DNA of 64,000 nucleotides, from positions 23,622,001-23,686,000 of the forward strand of contig NC_043002.1 in assembly GCF_006345805.1 (NCBI RefSeq), read 5' to 3'. Position 1 is the stretch's first letter. Each line of letters begins with the position of its first letter. Positions 1-12,387 of this stretch are shown in pieces. This DNA is from Octopus sinensis (Eukaryota). The position numbers and the translations under genes were made by a program. The notes under the pieces are model-generated. The model did not search any database. It was given only the letters and a program-made list of their open reading frames with translations, and had not been told where the DNA came from.

Positions 1-2753
1 AAAATGCGAAATGAAATAGAATGACTTCCCAACTAAAGCAATGTTGGTTTCAATACACGATTAAAGATGAAAATTCTTTCGAAACAAATTCAAAACTTTT
101 GAACGATTCTTCTTGTGAAATCTTGTGGGTTATTTTATTCCCCAGTAAGAAACACAGCGGTTCTATTTCACTTATTACTTAGTCAACCAATTAACTCGTC
201 GATGACCTAATTAATAGATATGTTAATTGGCCAACTAGTTAGCTAATAGTCGTAAAAAGAAATGGAATACAACCACTCCATGCGTTTCATATTGAGAAAA
301 TGATCCCAAATTTAGGTAATAGTGGCGATGTAGTGGTAGGGAAGTCAGTGATTGCGACGGCAAAAAGTAACAGAATTTAGTGGTTCGAACAGTGAAATAT
401 GCTAGGAAGTAGACAGGGCCAACGTTTCGGATGCTTATCCGTTTTCGTTACCATCATCATCGTTGAAGAGAGAGGGGGAAGAGAGCAGTCTTTAATATTA
501 GGATACAAAAATGCGGACAATAGTGGTGTATCGGTTTAACCCCAGGTCATCATTGATTCGACAGACCAATGATCAAATGCATTCCAGTCATAACCGTCCC
601 ATCTTTTAGGGTTAATTTCTTTAAGCAACAGCAACGTAGAGTTATGTAGGACTTACATTATTTGAAAGGTTGGATTACTAATATTATAGATTACAGAACT
701 AAAGATGCAACAATTAATAAGAAAAAAACTCAAGTTAAAGATAAATGGAGGATTATCGAGCGGACTATCCCTTACTATAAGAGTTGGTGGATACAGATAC
801 TATCTAATGCGCCCTTCCTCTTGAGTAGGAAGGGTGGGATTTAAGATACATTTCTCAACTACGTAGAGCCATGCCCACTCATCTGCCCTCATTGACTCGT
901 AGTAGTGGGCACTTATTTGCTTTTTTCCGCCACTCGGCTGCCTCCATGTGCATTGTCCTAAATTCACACGATTACAACGAATGCGTTTACACATCAAGCT
1001 ATGACAATGTCAAGCAGGCAACTGCTCTAGTCCTAGCGTCCCCCAAATCCCACTCTCATCGGTATTTGTCTTATTTTTCAAACGCCATTGTCACGAACGG
1101 GTGTTTGCCTCACTTCTTAAACACCATTGACTAAAATAATTGCCAAGCTCCCTAAACACCAATATCTCGAAAATGGTCTTTGCGTAAGCTGTCTTAGTAC
1201 CATTGTTTAAATAAACTGACTGATTGCCTAGCGCCCTAAATATCTGTCTAAAAAAAACTCTAATCCTAAATTAGGATGTTCATCTACAAGATCGAACACC
1301 CAACCCTAAATTGGAGAAAGGATGGGAAGACGACTAAGAGCGGTAAAAATATTGACGGTGGTAGTAGTAGTAAGTGGTGGTGGGAGAAGGAGTATTCAGA
1401 GTGGTGGTAGTGGGGTGGTGCTATTTCTGTATTCATTGATTGTAGTTGAAGCAACGCATGTTTTGGGAGAAGTTATAGTAAAAAACAGAAGCAAAAGATG
1501 GATGGTGAGAACAAAAAATGGGAGAGAGAGAGGAAATGGTAGCGGGAAGAGGAAGAGGAGGAGAGGCTGGTTAACAAGGACAACAGATGACGTCATGCCT
1601 ATCTTAGTTCCTTTTATTAAATTCCAATTTAGAAATTCATTTAAATTTTTCAAGCACAAAATCACAATAAATTTAAGTATCTAAACAAAGCTGAGAATAA
1701 TATATTTATGGCTGTAACAAAAGTTACGAATTGCTACAGGACTTCAAGTACCCTTGTGGTGCTTATAACTGAAAAAAAAAAAAAAAAATAAATGAAACCC
1801 CCAGAAAATTGCTTTATAAAAAGAAATGATAATTACTCTAATTATAATAGCCGTATATCTGTTTATAAATGCCGTACAAATTATTAACTCACACAGATAA
1901 TTATTTATTACATGGTTCCATAGATGACTGGGAATTAATAGCTTCTGGTTTGAAGTGAAACGAGTCTATTGTGCTGTAATTCATGGTTTTCATTATTTAT
2001 AAATTGAAAACTTCAGTGATGGCTTTTTCAAAGGTGCTTATTTTATACAGCATAATTTTTGAATGGGATTGCAAATGTGCATGAAGTGTTGCGAACGTTT
2101 GCATACATGGATATTTATTTCGATCAGAGTAGTAGTTTTATACCCAATAAAAAAATCCTTTTAGAATTCTCATTGATAAAAATAATATAGGTTATGTTTC
2201 AATTTGTCTACTATCTTTGTAAGTTTAGCTTCCATGTCCAAAGCTCCTAATTTTATCTCTATATACTAGTCATTTTTTAAAATAATCGTTTACATGCCTT
2301 TTTCACTTCATATATACATTTACCCTATCATTCTATCACTCTTTAGTCGTCACCTCTTTCTTTCTCGCTATATATGTCGCTCTATCATCAGCACCATGAA
2401 ATGTCCCCCCACCACTCTCTCAATTTATACATACTGTAATACTTCGGTTCTTGATTTTATGCGATTGGTAGTTAGACATTAAAATTCGAATACTGCGTAT
2501 AAGAATTCGATTTACTGCAGTATAACGGTATGTATAAGAAATGAAAAATAATGTAGTATAATTTCTCCTTCAGTTTCTTTTCTTTCTTTCAACTGCTGCC
2601 GAATGTATTTTAATGATTTGTTATTATACATAGCTACATCTGCATATCATATATATATGTATTTTGTTTTTCGGAAGCTGGTGTCGAATTATAAACCATG
2701 TTATTCGGAGTTACATTAATCGGGAGTTTTTCCCTAACCCTCAAGTTATTATC

Positions 2754-3575
2754 ATGAGTACTAAAGAAGAGAGTACCGAGAGTACCACCGGTACAAGTGG
2801 TGGAAGTGTTGAGAAGAAGAAAAGAAAAGTTGTAGGACTGGAAGAAAAATTAGCAATAATTGATAAATATGAAAGCGGTTTTACTAAAGCAAAGATTAGC
2901 CGAGAACACGCAATCGGCGAATCAACAGTGCGCAATATTATTCAGAACTCGAAGATTTATAAAGAAAAGGGACAAAGTGCTGCTTCGTCGTCGAATTTCC
3001 AAACAACAAGAAACCGCAGCTCTACAATGATTGAAATGGAACGGCTATTGTCAATTTGGATCGTAGACTGCAATCAAAAGAACATTCCTTTAAATACAAC
3101 GGCCATTAAAAAGAAAGCTGTCAGTTTGTTTGGAGCGGTCCAAAGAAAACGGAAAGAAGAAAAGAAAACCGAAGCGGAAACTAACGAAACATTTTTTGGA
3201 AGTTCTGGATGGCTCGTCAGGTTTAGAAAACGATCTAAAATGTATAACCTTGGAATTGTAGGGAAAAGTGCGTGTTCGGACGATAGTGCAGCAACTAGAC
3301 ATCCCGCCGAATTTAAACAAATTACTGAAGATGCTAGTTGTATTGATCAAGACGAAGCTATGTCACAAATGAAAGAATTCTCAATTAATGAAATCGACGC
3401 GATTTTAAAATTTTTTGAAGATGGAAAGCAGATGATAATGGGCTCAGATCCAAATGTAGAAAGAGCGATGCTAGTCAGTAAACAAATTGAAAAAGCACTC
3501 AGTTGCTATAGGGCTTTGCGTAAAGAGAAAAGATTAAAACAAACATCCCTTTTACAATATTTAAAAAAACAATAA
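2754..3575 (+). CDS. Tigger/pogo-derived CENP-B-type DNA-binding protein (psq-type HTH + CENP-B HTH + Tigger C-terminal tail, no DDE domain), 273 aa
   Basis: Intact single-exon ORF from ATG 2754 (MSTKEES). Motifs KRKVVGLEEKLAII, IGESTVRNII, MERLLSIWI, IKKKAVSLF, FFGSSGWLVRFRKR, and C-terminal DPNVERAMLV...CYRAL..EK..KQTSLLQYLKK typical of Tigger/TIGD1. AATAAA overlaps the stop and recurs near 3611. Confidence 0.85.
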   Translation: MSTKEESTESTTGTSGGSVEKKKRKVVGLEEKLAIIDKYESGFTKAKISREHAIGESTVRNIIQNSKIYKEKGQSAASSSNFQTTRNRSSTMIEMERLLSIWIVDCNQKNIPLNTTAIKKKAVSLFGAVQRKRKEEKKTEAETNETFFGSSGWLVRFRKRSKMYNLGIVGKSACSDDSAATRHPAEFKQITEDASCIDQDEAMSQMKEFSINEIDAILKFFEDGKQMIMGSDPNVERAMLVSKQIEKALSCYRALRKEKRLKQTSLLQYLKKQ

Positions 3576-4790
3576 ACACATTTATTTATTTGCTTTTGCT
3601 AATGTAAGTCAATAAAACTAATTAAAACATCGGCATGATTTTTACACCTTATATATATTCAAATACTGCCGTGTCCTTCGCAACATGCCTTACTCGCGTG
3701 ACTGAATGTACTCGTGTATGTCTAACATTTTTTACACATGAACACTATCTCTGGTACATATATATTCTAGCACATATATCCCTTACGATGTTTTCCTCTT
3801 ATGTCTTTAAATTAAACTTTACTGATGCTCCACCGTCTCCTCTCTCCATACGCATCTATACAGATATTTCTCCCGCGCTTTGTCTACGCTTACTATGACT
3901 ACTACTACTACACTACATTACATTGGTCATCTTTGTCTTTAGTGGACAGAAGCCAAAATATCTGTCAGTAGTCACTCTCCGGTTAACAAGAATAGTAACA
4001 GGTATAACAAGCAACATAATCCAAGATGAGATTTTACAAATTTGCTTGGTCTTTTGATATGTATATATGAGTATGCGTGTGTCCATTAACTCAATAGTCT
4101 TTGTAAAAGGAAGGAATCGTTTAAAGTTATAAAACATCTATCATAAATTCTATTCCCGTCTAGGACGCAGTAGCTTAACATCAAACAAACTTAGTACTTG
4201 ACTGGCATTTTATTTTATCGACCCCACCACCCAGAACTTTGAAAGCTGACATAGGCAGAGTATGAAATCAGATGGGCAGTGACCCCGTTTTAGCCCACTT
4301 GGTTATCTAAGTAGCATTCCTTGATTGTACTTTTCTAAAATTGGTCCTTTGTGCCCAAAATATTTAAAGATTTTCAAATAAACTATAACGCCAATTCCTA
4401 CAAATTCCACAGGCCAATTTTGTCTTTCATCCTTTCAGGATTAATGAAATAAAGTACCAAGCAAGTACTGGAGTCGATGCAATCAGCATACACTGTCCTC
4501 TAAAATTACTGCACTTGTTGAAAATTTGAAATCGATATTATAAATATTTTTAATTAGTTGATTGCTAGAAACATTTATGTAAAAATATTAAAAGCAATTA
4601 TTTAGTTGGTCAAGGACTCTGAGTCATCTGACAGGAGAATTTGTCACCTTCTTACATTCTAAGTTCAAATCTCACCGAGGTAATACATGGGTGTATTGTA
4701 TTTTCTTTTCTTAATACTACATGGTAGTTGTAAATGAGCATCACTGTCACACAAGCAGGGTCATTCATTTCCAATATTCTGCAAAAACAA

Positions 4791-5000
4791 GGCAGCAAGC
4801 TGGTAGGAACGTTAGCACGCTGGGCAAAATGCTTAGTGGTATTTCGTCTTTATGTTCTGAGTTCAAATTCTGCTGAGGTCGACTTTGCTTTTCATCCTTT
4901 CAGAGTTGATAATTAAGTACCAGTTGTGTACTGGAGTCGATCTAATCAACTGGCCCCCTCCTCCAAAATTTCGGGCCTTATGCCTAGAGTAGAGAAGAAT
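4791..5000 (+). mobile_element. tRNA-derived SINE (GGCRGCRAGCTGG family)
   Basis: Head GGCAGCAAGCTGG...GAGTTCAAATTC and body GCTTTTCATCCTTTC...AAGTACCAGT; related copies at about 23985-24180, 61627-61810 and on the minus strand at 36975-37180 and 44557-44765. Confidence 0.65.
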
Positions 5001-5344
5001 ATTCTGTAAAAACCGTCTGGCTATGGGAAAATTCGATCTTGCTTGGAAACAGGTGAGGGTTGGAGTCAGAGAGGGTAGCCAGCCAAAGAAAATTTGCTTC
5101 AATAAACTACATCCACTCAATGCATGCATAGAATAACAGACATTAATGATAATATGTACTGAATATATATTTTGTAAAATTACACAATGATAACAGAATA
5201 GGTATGCATACTCGTAATTGAGCAAGGAAAGGAGGGGTCAATTAACCAACTATAGTTACTCAAAGACTCAGCAAATTTAAAAACTGAGAAGGGGAGTGAT
5301 ATCTAGATGAGAATGACTCTTATTGAGTAAAAGAGTATTGTCAT

Positions 5345-5720
5345 AGGCACAGATGTGGCTGGGTAGTAAGAAGTTTGGTTCCCAACCACATAGTTCTGGG
5401 TCCAGCTCAACTGTCTGGCACCTTGGGCAAGTGCCTTCTACTATAACTTCAGACTGACCAATTCTTGTGAGTGGATTTGGTAGGAGGAAACTGAAAAAAG
5501 CCTGTTGCCATATGTATGTGTGTGAGTCTTTGTCCTCACCCACTGCTTAACTGATGTTGGAAGTTTATGTCCCACAACTTAGCAGTTCAGCAAAAGAAAC
5601 TGACAGAATAAGTATGAGACTTAAGAAAATAAGTTACTGGGGTCAATTTGTTTGATTCAAATTTTTTTAAGGCAGTACCCCAGCATGGCTGCAGTCTAAT
5701 GACTGAAATAATAAAAGATA
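5345..5720 (+). mobile_element. tRNA-derived SINE, decayed copy of the 9274 family
   Basis: Similar to 9274-9574 (GGCACAGATGTGGCTG...GGGCAAGTG...GAGTGGATTTGGTAG); a partial copy also lies at about 8074-8341. Confidence 0.65.
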
Positions 5721-8700
5721 AATATCTTTATTATATTTTGGGAAGATGAAATAAAAGGGGCAGTTGGTGTATTGGTTGGATCTGTTGGAGAAGGTAAAGA
5801 TAGTTTTAATACTCCAAACATAAGACTTTTGTCAGAAGCAACATATTCTAATCAAGTTAACACAAGCCAAAAGATAACCTCTACAATGTCATTCAATCTA
5901 CTAGAAATTTCCCTCCTTCAAATCACCAAAAAAAAAAAAAAGGAAGGACATATTAGATAATGAAATGCTATATATATACTATATCTAAAAATAAATAAGA
6001 TGGAACTGTTGTCAATGGAACCATTCTTTAGTTAGTCTGTTCAATCATGGCTAAGTCAAGACTGAATAACAATATCAATCATCATGAACTTGTTAGAAAC
6101 AACACCAAAATCTTCAAATCACACTTTACTGTCTTAAAAACGGAATTAGAAAAACAGAGTTGTCACGGCTTGGCAAGCCTTTTGAGCTTAGGTCTCTTCA
6201 ATTAGATCCGAACTTAGGAATATACATGAGAAATCGAGACTTAATTTAGTTCACATACACAAGGGAGAAAACTCTGTTATAACTTCATTGCTATGTTTTA
6301 CTGAAGTATCTTTTCACAAACATTCATAGAAAACCTGTCGTGCAGAAAGGAGCTGATCAAATATTTAGGAGGAATAACATGTGCTTCCATTTCCCTTCAA
6401 ATTCTTCATGCTACAATCCAGGATCATAGTAATTTAAAAAGACAGAGCTTAGCTTTGCCCTGTACAGTTTTAAGCAGATGATATTTATGCCTCAGCTCCA
6501 CTGTAGATAGTACTAAATAGCTTTGAATAGTGATGCAGCTACCAGCATCCCTTGACACACTGAAATATATATATTGAAACTTCTCTAGTCTATTTTGTAT
6601 ACACACAGAACCATGTGCAGTCCTCAGCAATATCCACGCTGACATGGGTTGTATATACTTGCAATACAGAATGACTGCGTATGTTTAAACCCTGTATTAT
6701 TTCAATGATGAAACCTCACTCCTAGTTGCTTTTACCACAATTACTTTCACTATTAATTCTCAAAATATTTTCATGTAGCATTCACTTACATAACATGTCT
6801 AACCTTCAGGGTAGTTTCCACTGACTTGCATCAGCCGAGAATTTTGATATCACTTGTTAAGGTAAATGTTATGAGCCTCCTCCAAAAGAGCTCATACACG
6901 GTTGCTTCATCTACTAGAAATAGCAACCAAATCTTCCTTAAATCAAATACTGGTAAAATCTTTAAAAAAAGGAAGTTATTCATAATAATGTAGCTCTGTT
7001 TACATTGTATTTTAAACAGAAACAGGATGATCACATTTGGAACACCTATGGTGTTAGGTTGGTTCAATGAGAACTGACTTGAGGATAAAGCCATCATTGT
7101 CATCATTATCATCATCATTGTTTTCCATGTTGGCATTGGTTGAACGGTTTGACCAGAGCTGGTAAGGCTGGGAGGTGCACCAGGCTCCATTGTCTATTCT
7201 GACATGGTGTCTATGGCTGGATGCGCTTCCAAATGCCAACCACTCAGTGTACTGGGTGCTTTTAACATGGCACCAGCATGATTTAAATTGAATTAAATTT
7301 AAAAAAGTGAAAACAATTTCCAGTTTATTTTAATTAAATATTCCATATAAAACAAACAAATAATATATACAACTTTATAGCTGCCACTTTGCTTTCCCTC
7401 AGAGAGAAAAGTATTTTGAAATCCACCCCTTGTTTCATGTAATGAAATTTGTTCATGAGTGGGTGAGTGATGATGAGGACAGTTGTTAACTGCAATTATG
7501 AGAAAAACAGAAAAAGTTGGTAGATGGCTAACATCATCTTCCATTAATGTCTGTTTTCCATGCTGGTATGAGTTGGACTGACATAATTATGGTTTTGTTT
7601 CTGTTCAAATCCTTCACCAAAGACAGTGGGTAGGAATAATCAGATGAAGCTTGTATTTTCTGTTCTGTGAAAATCCAGTTCCATCTTCATGGTTTGAAGT
7701 TCTTATTACCTTTCAAAAATTGAGATTTCTACAATGAGAAAATAAATACATGAAAGTAATATGAAATAAAATGTACAACACATCAACAACTATAAAAACA
7801 AAAAGTAATATAAAAATAGTATAATTTGTGCCCGATTGTCTCCAGTCGTGTACAACACAACACCCTCACCTCCCCAAAGTTACTACCAATACTAGATAAT
7901 CTCTGATGATCTCTCATTTATAACATTGTAAAAACTATATCATTATCGTTAGAAATTGGACTTAAAAGCAATTAATGGGTTACTGAAGTCAGAGTTGATA
8001 AAAATGTACTGACTCCAAGTTCAGCTAAATATAAATAATATAATGCATTAAAATTTCCAATTTATACCGATATAGGCACAAATGTGGCTGTGTGGTTAAG
8101 AAGCTTGCTTTGCAGTCGCATGGTTTTGGGTTCAGTTCCACTGTGTGGCATCTTGGGCAAGTATCTTTTACTATAGCTCCAAGTTGACTAATGAGTGAGT
8201 GAATTTGGCAGACAGGAACTATGTGGAAGCCTGCCATACATATGTATGTGATTTGTGTGTGTGAGTGCACATGTGTATCTTTGTGTTCATCTTCCTACCA
8301 TCGACTGGCAATTGGTGTTGGTTTATGTCCCCATAACTTAGAAGATGTTAGTCAATTTTGGACTTCTTTCATTTAACCTTTATTCAATAGACATAATACT
8401 TCTTCAATAAATTCTAGAGGAATAAACTGTTCAATATTTTACAATTTTTATTTCATTTAATGTACAATTTCATGCTAGCAGTTACTCAAATTTTATGTTC
8501 AAACTATGCATTAACCTTGAAATCAAAGACTTGTATATCTAATTGACTTCATTTTTTTAAAAATGGTAATTTGTTAAGTTGCTTTAAGTGTTGAGTCTTT
8601 TAGTTTTAACTTGGACTTCCTTTTATAGTATTCTTACATCTTATTTCTTTTATATCCTCTTACCTTTTGATAAACATGGCCACTTCTTTTAATTTCTAAG

Positions 8701-8802
8701 TTTTATTTAAAGCGTAATTGCTTGCAATTTTTTTTTATAAATACAATAAAAAATAGCCAAAGTGGCATAACTATGGCCTTTAAACCCAAACTTAAATAAG
8801 TT

Positions 8803-9213
8803 ACAATAATAAATCTCTGAGCGAGATATAAACAGTAACTGCTCTATAACATAAGGGGGATCAGCCATCTGAATGTGGCTAGGGTCAGGGCGGGGTGGTG
8901 GGGGTGTTACTGATGCATTTAGCCCCAGGCGAACATCAACGTCACCAGAAGAGCTGACACCATCTCGGTGTCCTTGCCAGCCTGCAAAGGGAGATCAGCC
9001 TCCCCGAAGATACGGATACTACACACGGACCGGTTTCGAGGTTATTGCCTCTTGTCAACGTATGGTAAGCACCGCTCTTCGTTGAGGGACTTCCTCTACA
9101 GGCTGGATATATAGATTTTCACAGTAACCACAGTCACTGGCGTAGAAAATCTGTTCGAAAACAATAATAAATCTCTGAGCGAGATATAAACAGTAACTGC
9201 TCTATAACATATG
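8803..9213 (-). mobile_element. Retrozyme/Penelope-pLTR-like non-autonomous element (358-bp unit plus 51-bp terminal redundancy)
   Basis: Identical 51-bp direct repeats at 8803-8853 and 9161-9211; flanking duplication TTAAATAAGTT at 8792-8802 and 9214-9224; internal hammerhead motif; GC/CpG-rich relative to the flanks. Confidence 0.75.
9022..9064 (-). ncRNA. Minimal type I hammerhead ribozyme, U3-A8 core variant
   Basis: Minus strand reads CAUACG-UUGACAA-GAGG-CAAUAA-CCUC-GAAA-C-CG-GUC-CGUGUG: 6-bp stem I with one G-U, 4-bp stem II, minimal stem III with palindromic ACCGGU, GUC cleavage triplet at 9030-9028. Confidence 0.7.
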
Positions 9214-9273
9214 TTAAATAAGTTAGGATTCCAAAAAGTGCCCTGATGATTCATGTTGACTTTGTATATCATA

Positions 9274-9574
9274 GGCGCAGGAGTGGCTGTGTGGTAAGTG
9301 GCTTGCTAACCAACCACATGGTTCCGGGTTCAGTCCCACCGCGTGGCATCTTGGGCAAGTGTCTTCTGCTATAGCCCCGGGCTGACCAATGCCTTGTGAG
9401 TGGATTTGGTAGACGGAAACTGAAAGATGCCCGTCGTATATATGTATATATATATATATGTGTATGTGTGTTTGTCTCCCTAGCATCGCTTGACAACCGA
9501 TGCTGGTGTGTTTACGTCCCCGTTACTTAGCGGTTCGGCAAAAGAGACCGATAGAATAAGTACTGGGCTTACAA
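9274..9574 (+). mobile_element. Young tRNA-derived SINE (octopus-type) with internal (TA)n
   Basis: A-box-like TGGCTGTGTGG and B-box-like GGTTCAGTCCC; very similar inverted copy at about 59844-60248. Confidence 0.8.
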
Positions 9575-10794
9575 GTAGGGAAGTTGAATTCATTGGCATC
9601 ATAATTTGATGAGTCTTGACTCCATAACCCTGCTGAGAAAATACTTCAGTTGCTGATCTAGATTTATGACAAACACAGGTAAATGCTTTGTTGATATCAA
9701 ATGCAACATCACTGTAACTAATATGAGAATATCCCTGACATGTACCTGAAGAAGTGTCCTCATTCCTTGGTTGTCCAATTACTTCAATCTGTTTAGTCCC
9801 ATTCAAAAGATGTTCCAACTACAATATCATTCCATTTTATTTTCAGACACACTGTATCTAAGACTATTCTCCAATATAATAATAATAATAACACAGCTCT
9901 TCAGCAGCCCGTGTGCAATAGCAGTTTTTGTGGCTTGCAAAGCCTTAAACATAGTAACAATAAAGTTTGAACTACAAATATGTGATCAGTAGTAAAAGCA
10001 CTTTGATGCCCCCTCTTTAACGTTCATGTTAATCCTAACCGTTAACCTTAATCTTCAACATTCATTATACTCTCACTTATACAAGCAAACAAAGGAATTT
10101 CCTTGGGATTGCTTGATTTCTTTGTAGTTTGTAACGAGTGAGAAGGAATGGCAGCACTCAATGAACTTTACAGGGTTTCAGAGACCAATAAGGACCAGGG
10201 AAAGGAAAAACAACTCACACAACTTGAAGGCTACTGAAGTAGGAAGCTGCATTTCAATATTAGGTACAAAGATCTGTTTCCAATTCTGTGAACCTAAGGG
10301 CCAGATGACGAGGCTGATATTAAATCAGGTGATATTAAATTTATCATCCAAGAAATATGTACAGACCATAAAAGAAGATTCCGTTTATAAACTGTGTCAT
10401 CTTGGGACTATAGTGGAAGACACTTGTCCAAGTTGTTGCAGAGTGGCATCAAACCTAGAACCAAGTGATTGCAAAGTGAATTCTTAACCACATAGCCATA
10501 TTTGTGCTAGAAATAGCAGCTACAATTCTTTCAATCCATACCCTCCCTTCTTAAATAAAGTGGGAGACATCAAGCAATGTGGTCCTTTGTATAAAAAAAG
10601 AGAAGACAGTCACATCTAGAACACCTCTGATCATATATATGCTTGATCAGAGAATTTATCTGAGACCAAGCAAAAACAACAAAAACTCAGACAGACATTG
10701 TTGTAAATTCTAAAAGAAGCCATAAAAAATATAGTGAAAAATAAATAAATAATTGTAAATTTACCAATTTAAGAACTGGTTTCTCTACCAAAAT

Positions 10795-10830
10795 TCATTC
10801 TTCTGGTTCTTCATCTTCATCTGGAACACA
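10795..10830 (-). CDS. RAD1: RAD1 coding exon 8 (CVPDEDEEPEE*)
   Basis: AG acceptor at 10832-10831, phase 0, matches the acidic RAD1 C-terminus (CCPDEE..); TGA at 10797-10795. Confidence 0.85.
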   Translation of the reverse strand, partial: CVPDEDEEPEE

Positions 10831-12387
10831 CTGCATTCCATAATGAGACAAAAAAAATATCAAGTATATAAATAAAAATTGTCAGATTAACAATTAGCAT
10901 TGGTAATGCTTCCATTTTAACATCCACCACTTTAAATTTTAGCCTCTCCCCTACTATTCTTTCTCAATAACAAACATAACTCAAATAAGAACTGTCCAAC
11001 TCAACCCAACCCAAGCTGGCATGGCAGATGGCCATCCAAGGGGCACCTGAGGAAACCCCACAAAACCAGTCTACCTGATCACTAAGGCAAGTACCTGCTT
11101 CTTGTTATCGTCTTCTACAGGTGTATGTTCAGAGTAGGCCTATTCATTCAGACCATACTTGCCACTCATCCACCTTTCAACAAATTTGCTAGGAGACAAC
11201 GCTTCCTTCTCCATCCTCATTTTCCTTTTCAAGTAAAACTCGAAAAGGGTTATGAAGGTTTGGTCAAAGAGAAATGTGACTGTCTTCAGCCCTTTCAATC
11301 TTGTCCATCACACAACCTGTTTCACCAAAGCCACCAAAGAGATAAAGGCTACAGTCTCTTCCTAGCTGTAGGAAGGTGGTTGGACAATCTTTATGATGTA
11401 CTCTCTTTCCTTTCTTCAAGAGGAGAGAGAGAAAATACAAAATTGACACTATTGTTATCACTAAGGATACTAATAAGAGGTTTAATCAAAATGAATTGAC
11501 AAAACATACAGAAATCCAGTTAGCATTTATTATACATTACATCCGCTTCTTCATGTAACTTATTATGACACCATCATTGTCTTTTACTGTGGATTATTTT
11601 GTTTTGTTTTACTCAAGAAACAGTATGCACTCATAGCTTTCTTCAATTAGTTGTCACCACATCCACTGATGAACCATTTGTGTGTACATAAAATAAACTG
11701 AAAATGTGAAAGCTGTTTAAATGACTAAGAACAAAATCATCGATCTTTGCGTTATTTAAAACTATTCTGTATGGATTTCCAGTGGCTGGAGAGAAGCATG
11801 TTAGGCGTGGTTTGTTTGATGTGCCATGTTAACTTAAAAGATGTCGTTGAGGACAAGAGAGATGTGACAGTGGCTAAGTATTAAAGATATGTCTAAAAGC
11901 AACATCTAAAACACTTGAAAGATACAATTATGTGGTATGGACATGAAAACATGAGGTTGTAATGAGTTAATGCTGGAAGGTAACTGTGACAGAGGTAGAT
12001 CAGGAAAGACATGATGGCATTACACCAGAGAGCATTGGGCCTCAAAGATGAGATGATGCAGAATTATAAACCCATTTAACATATGGTAACATGAAAAATG
12101 TAGATGTCAACAATGGTAACATTGATGAATATGCTGCCATTCTTTAATCCCAAGTTAGCTGTGATTGGGGAGAATTATGACTAAGGACATTACAGCCATC
12201 ATCATCCTACTTCTTTTTCAGATATAGCATATCTAGGGCTACATTATCCAATGTGTACACTTTTTTCAGGATAATATAATGCAATTTGAAAGAGATTTGA
12301 TTGCTTTGTCAAACAAGTCAAGTGCTCACATAGGAGCTCCTCATATGTGCATGATTGTACATATACAAGATTAATATACATTTGAAC

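Noticed and set aside
1322-1684. Overlapping 120-aa and 89-aa ORFs
   Set aside because: Low-complexity purine-rich sequence with no domain signal.
9480-9818. 112-aa minus-strand ORF downstream of RAD1
   Set aside because: Partly SINE-derived; the opposite strand shows a faint frameshifted LINE-RT-like remnant, and no protein family is recognisable.
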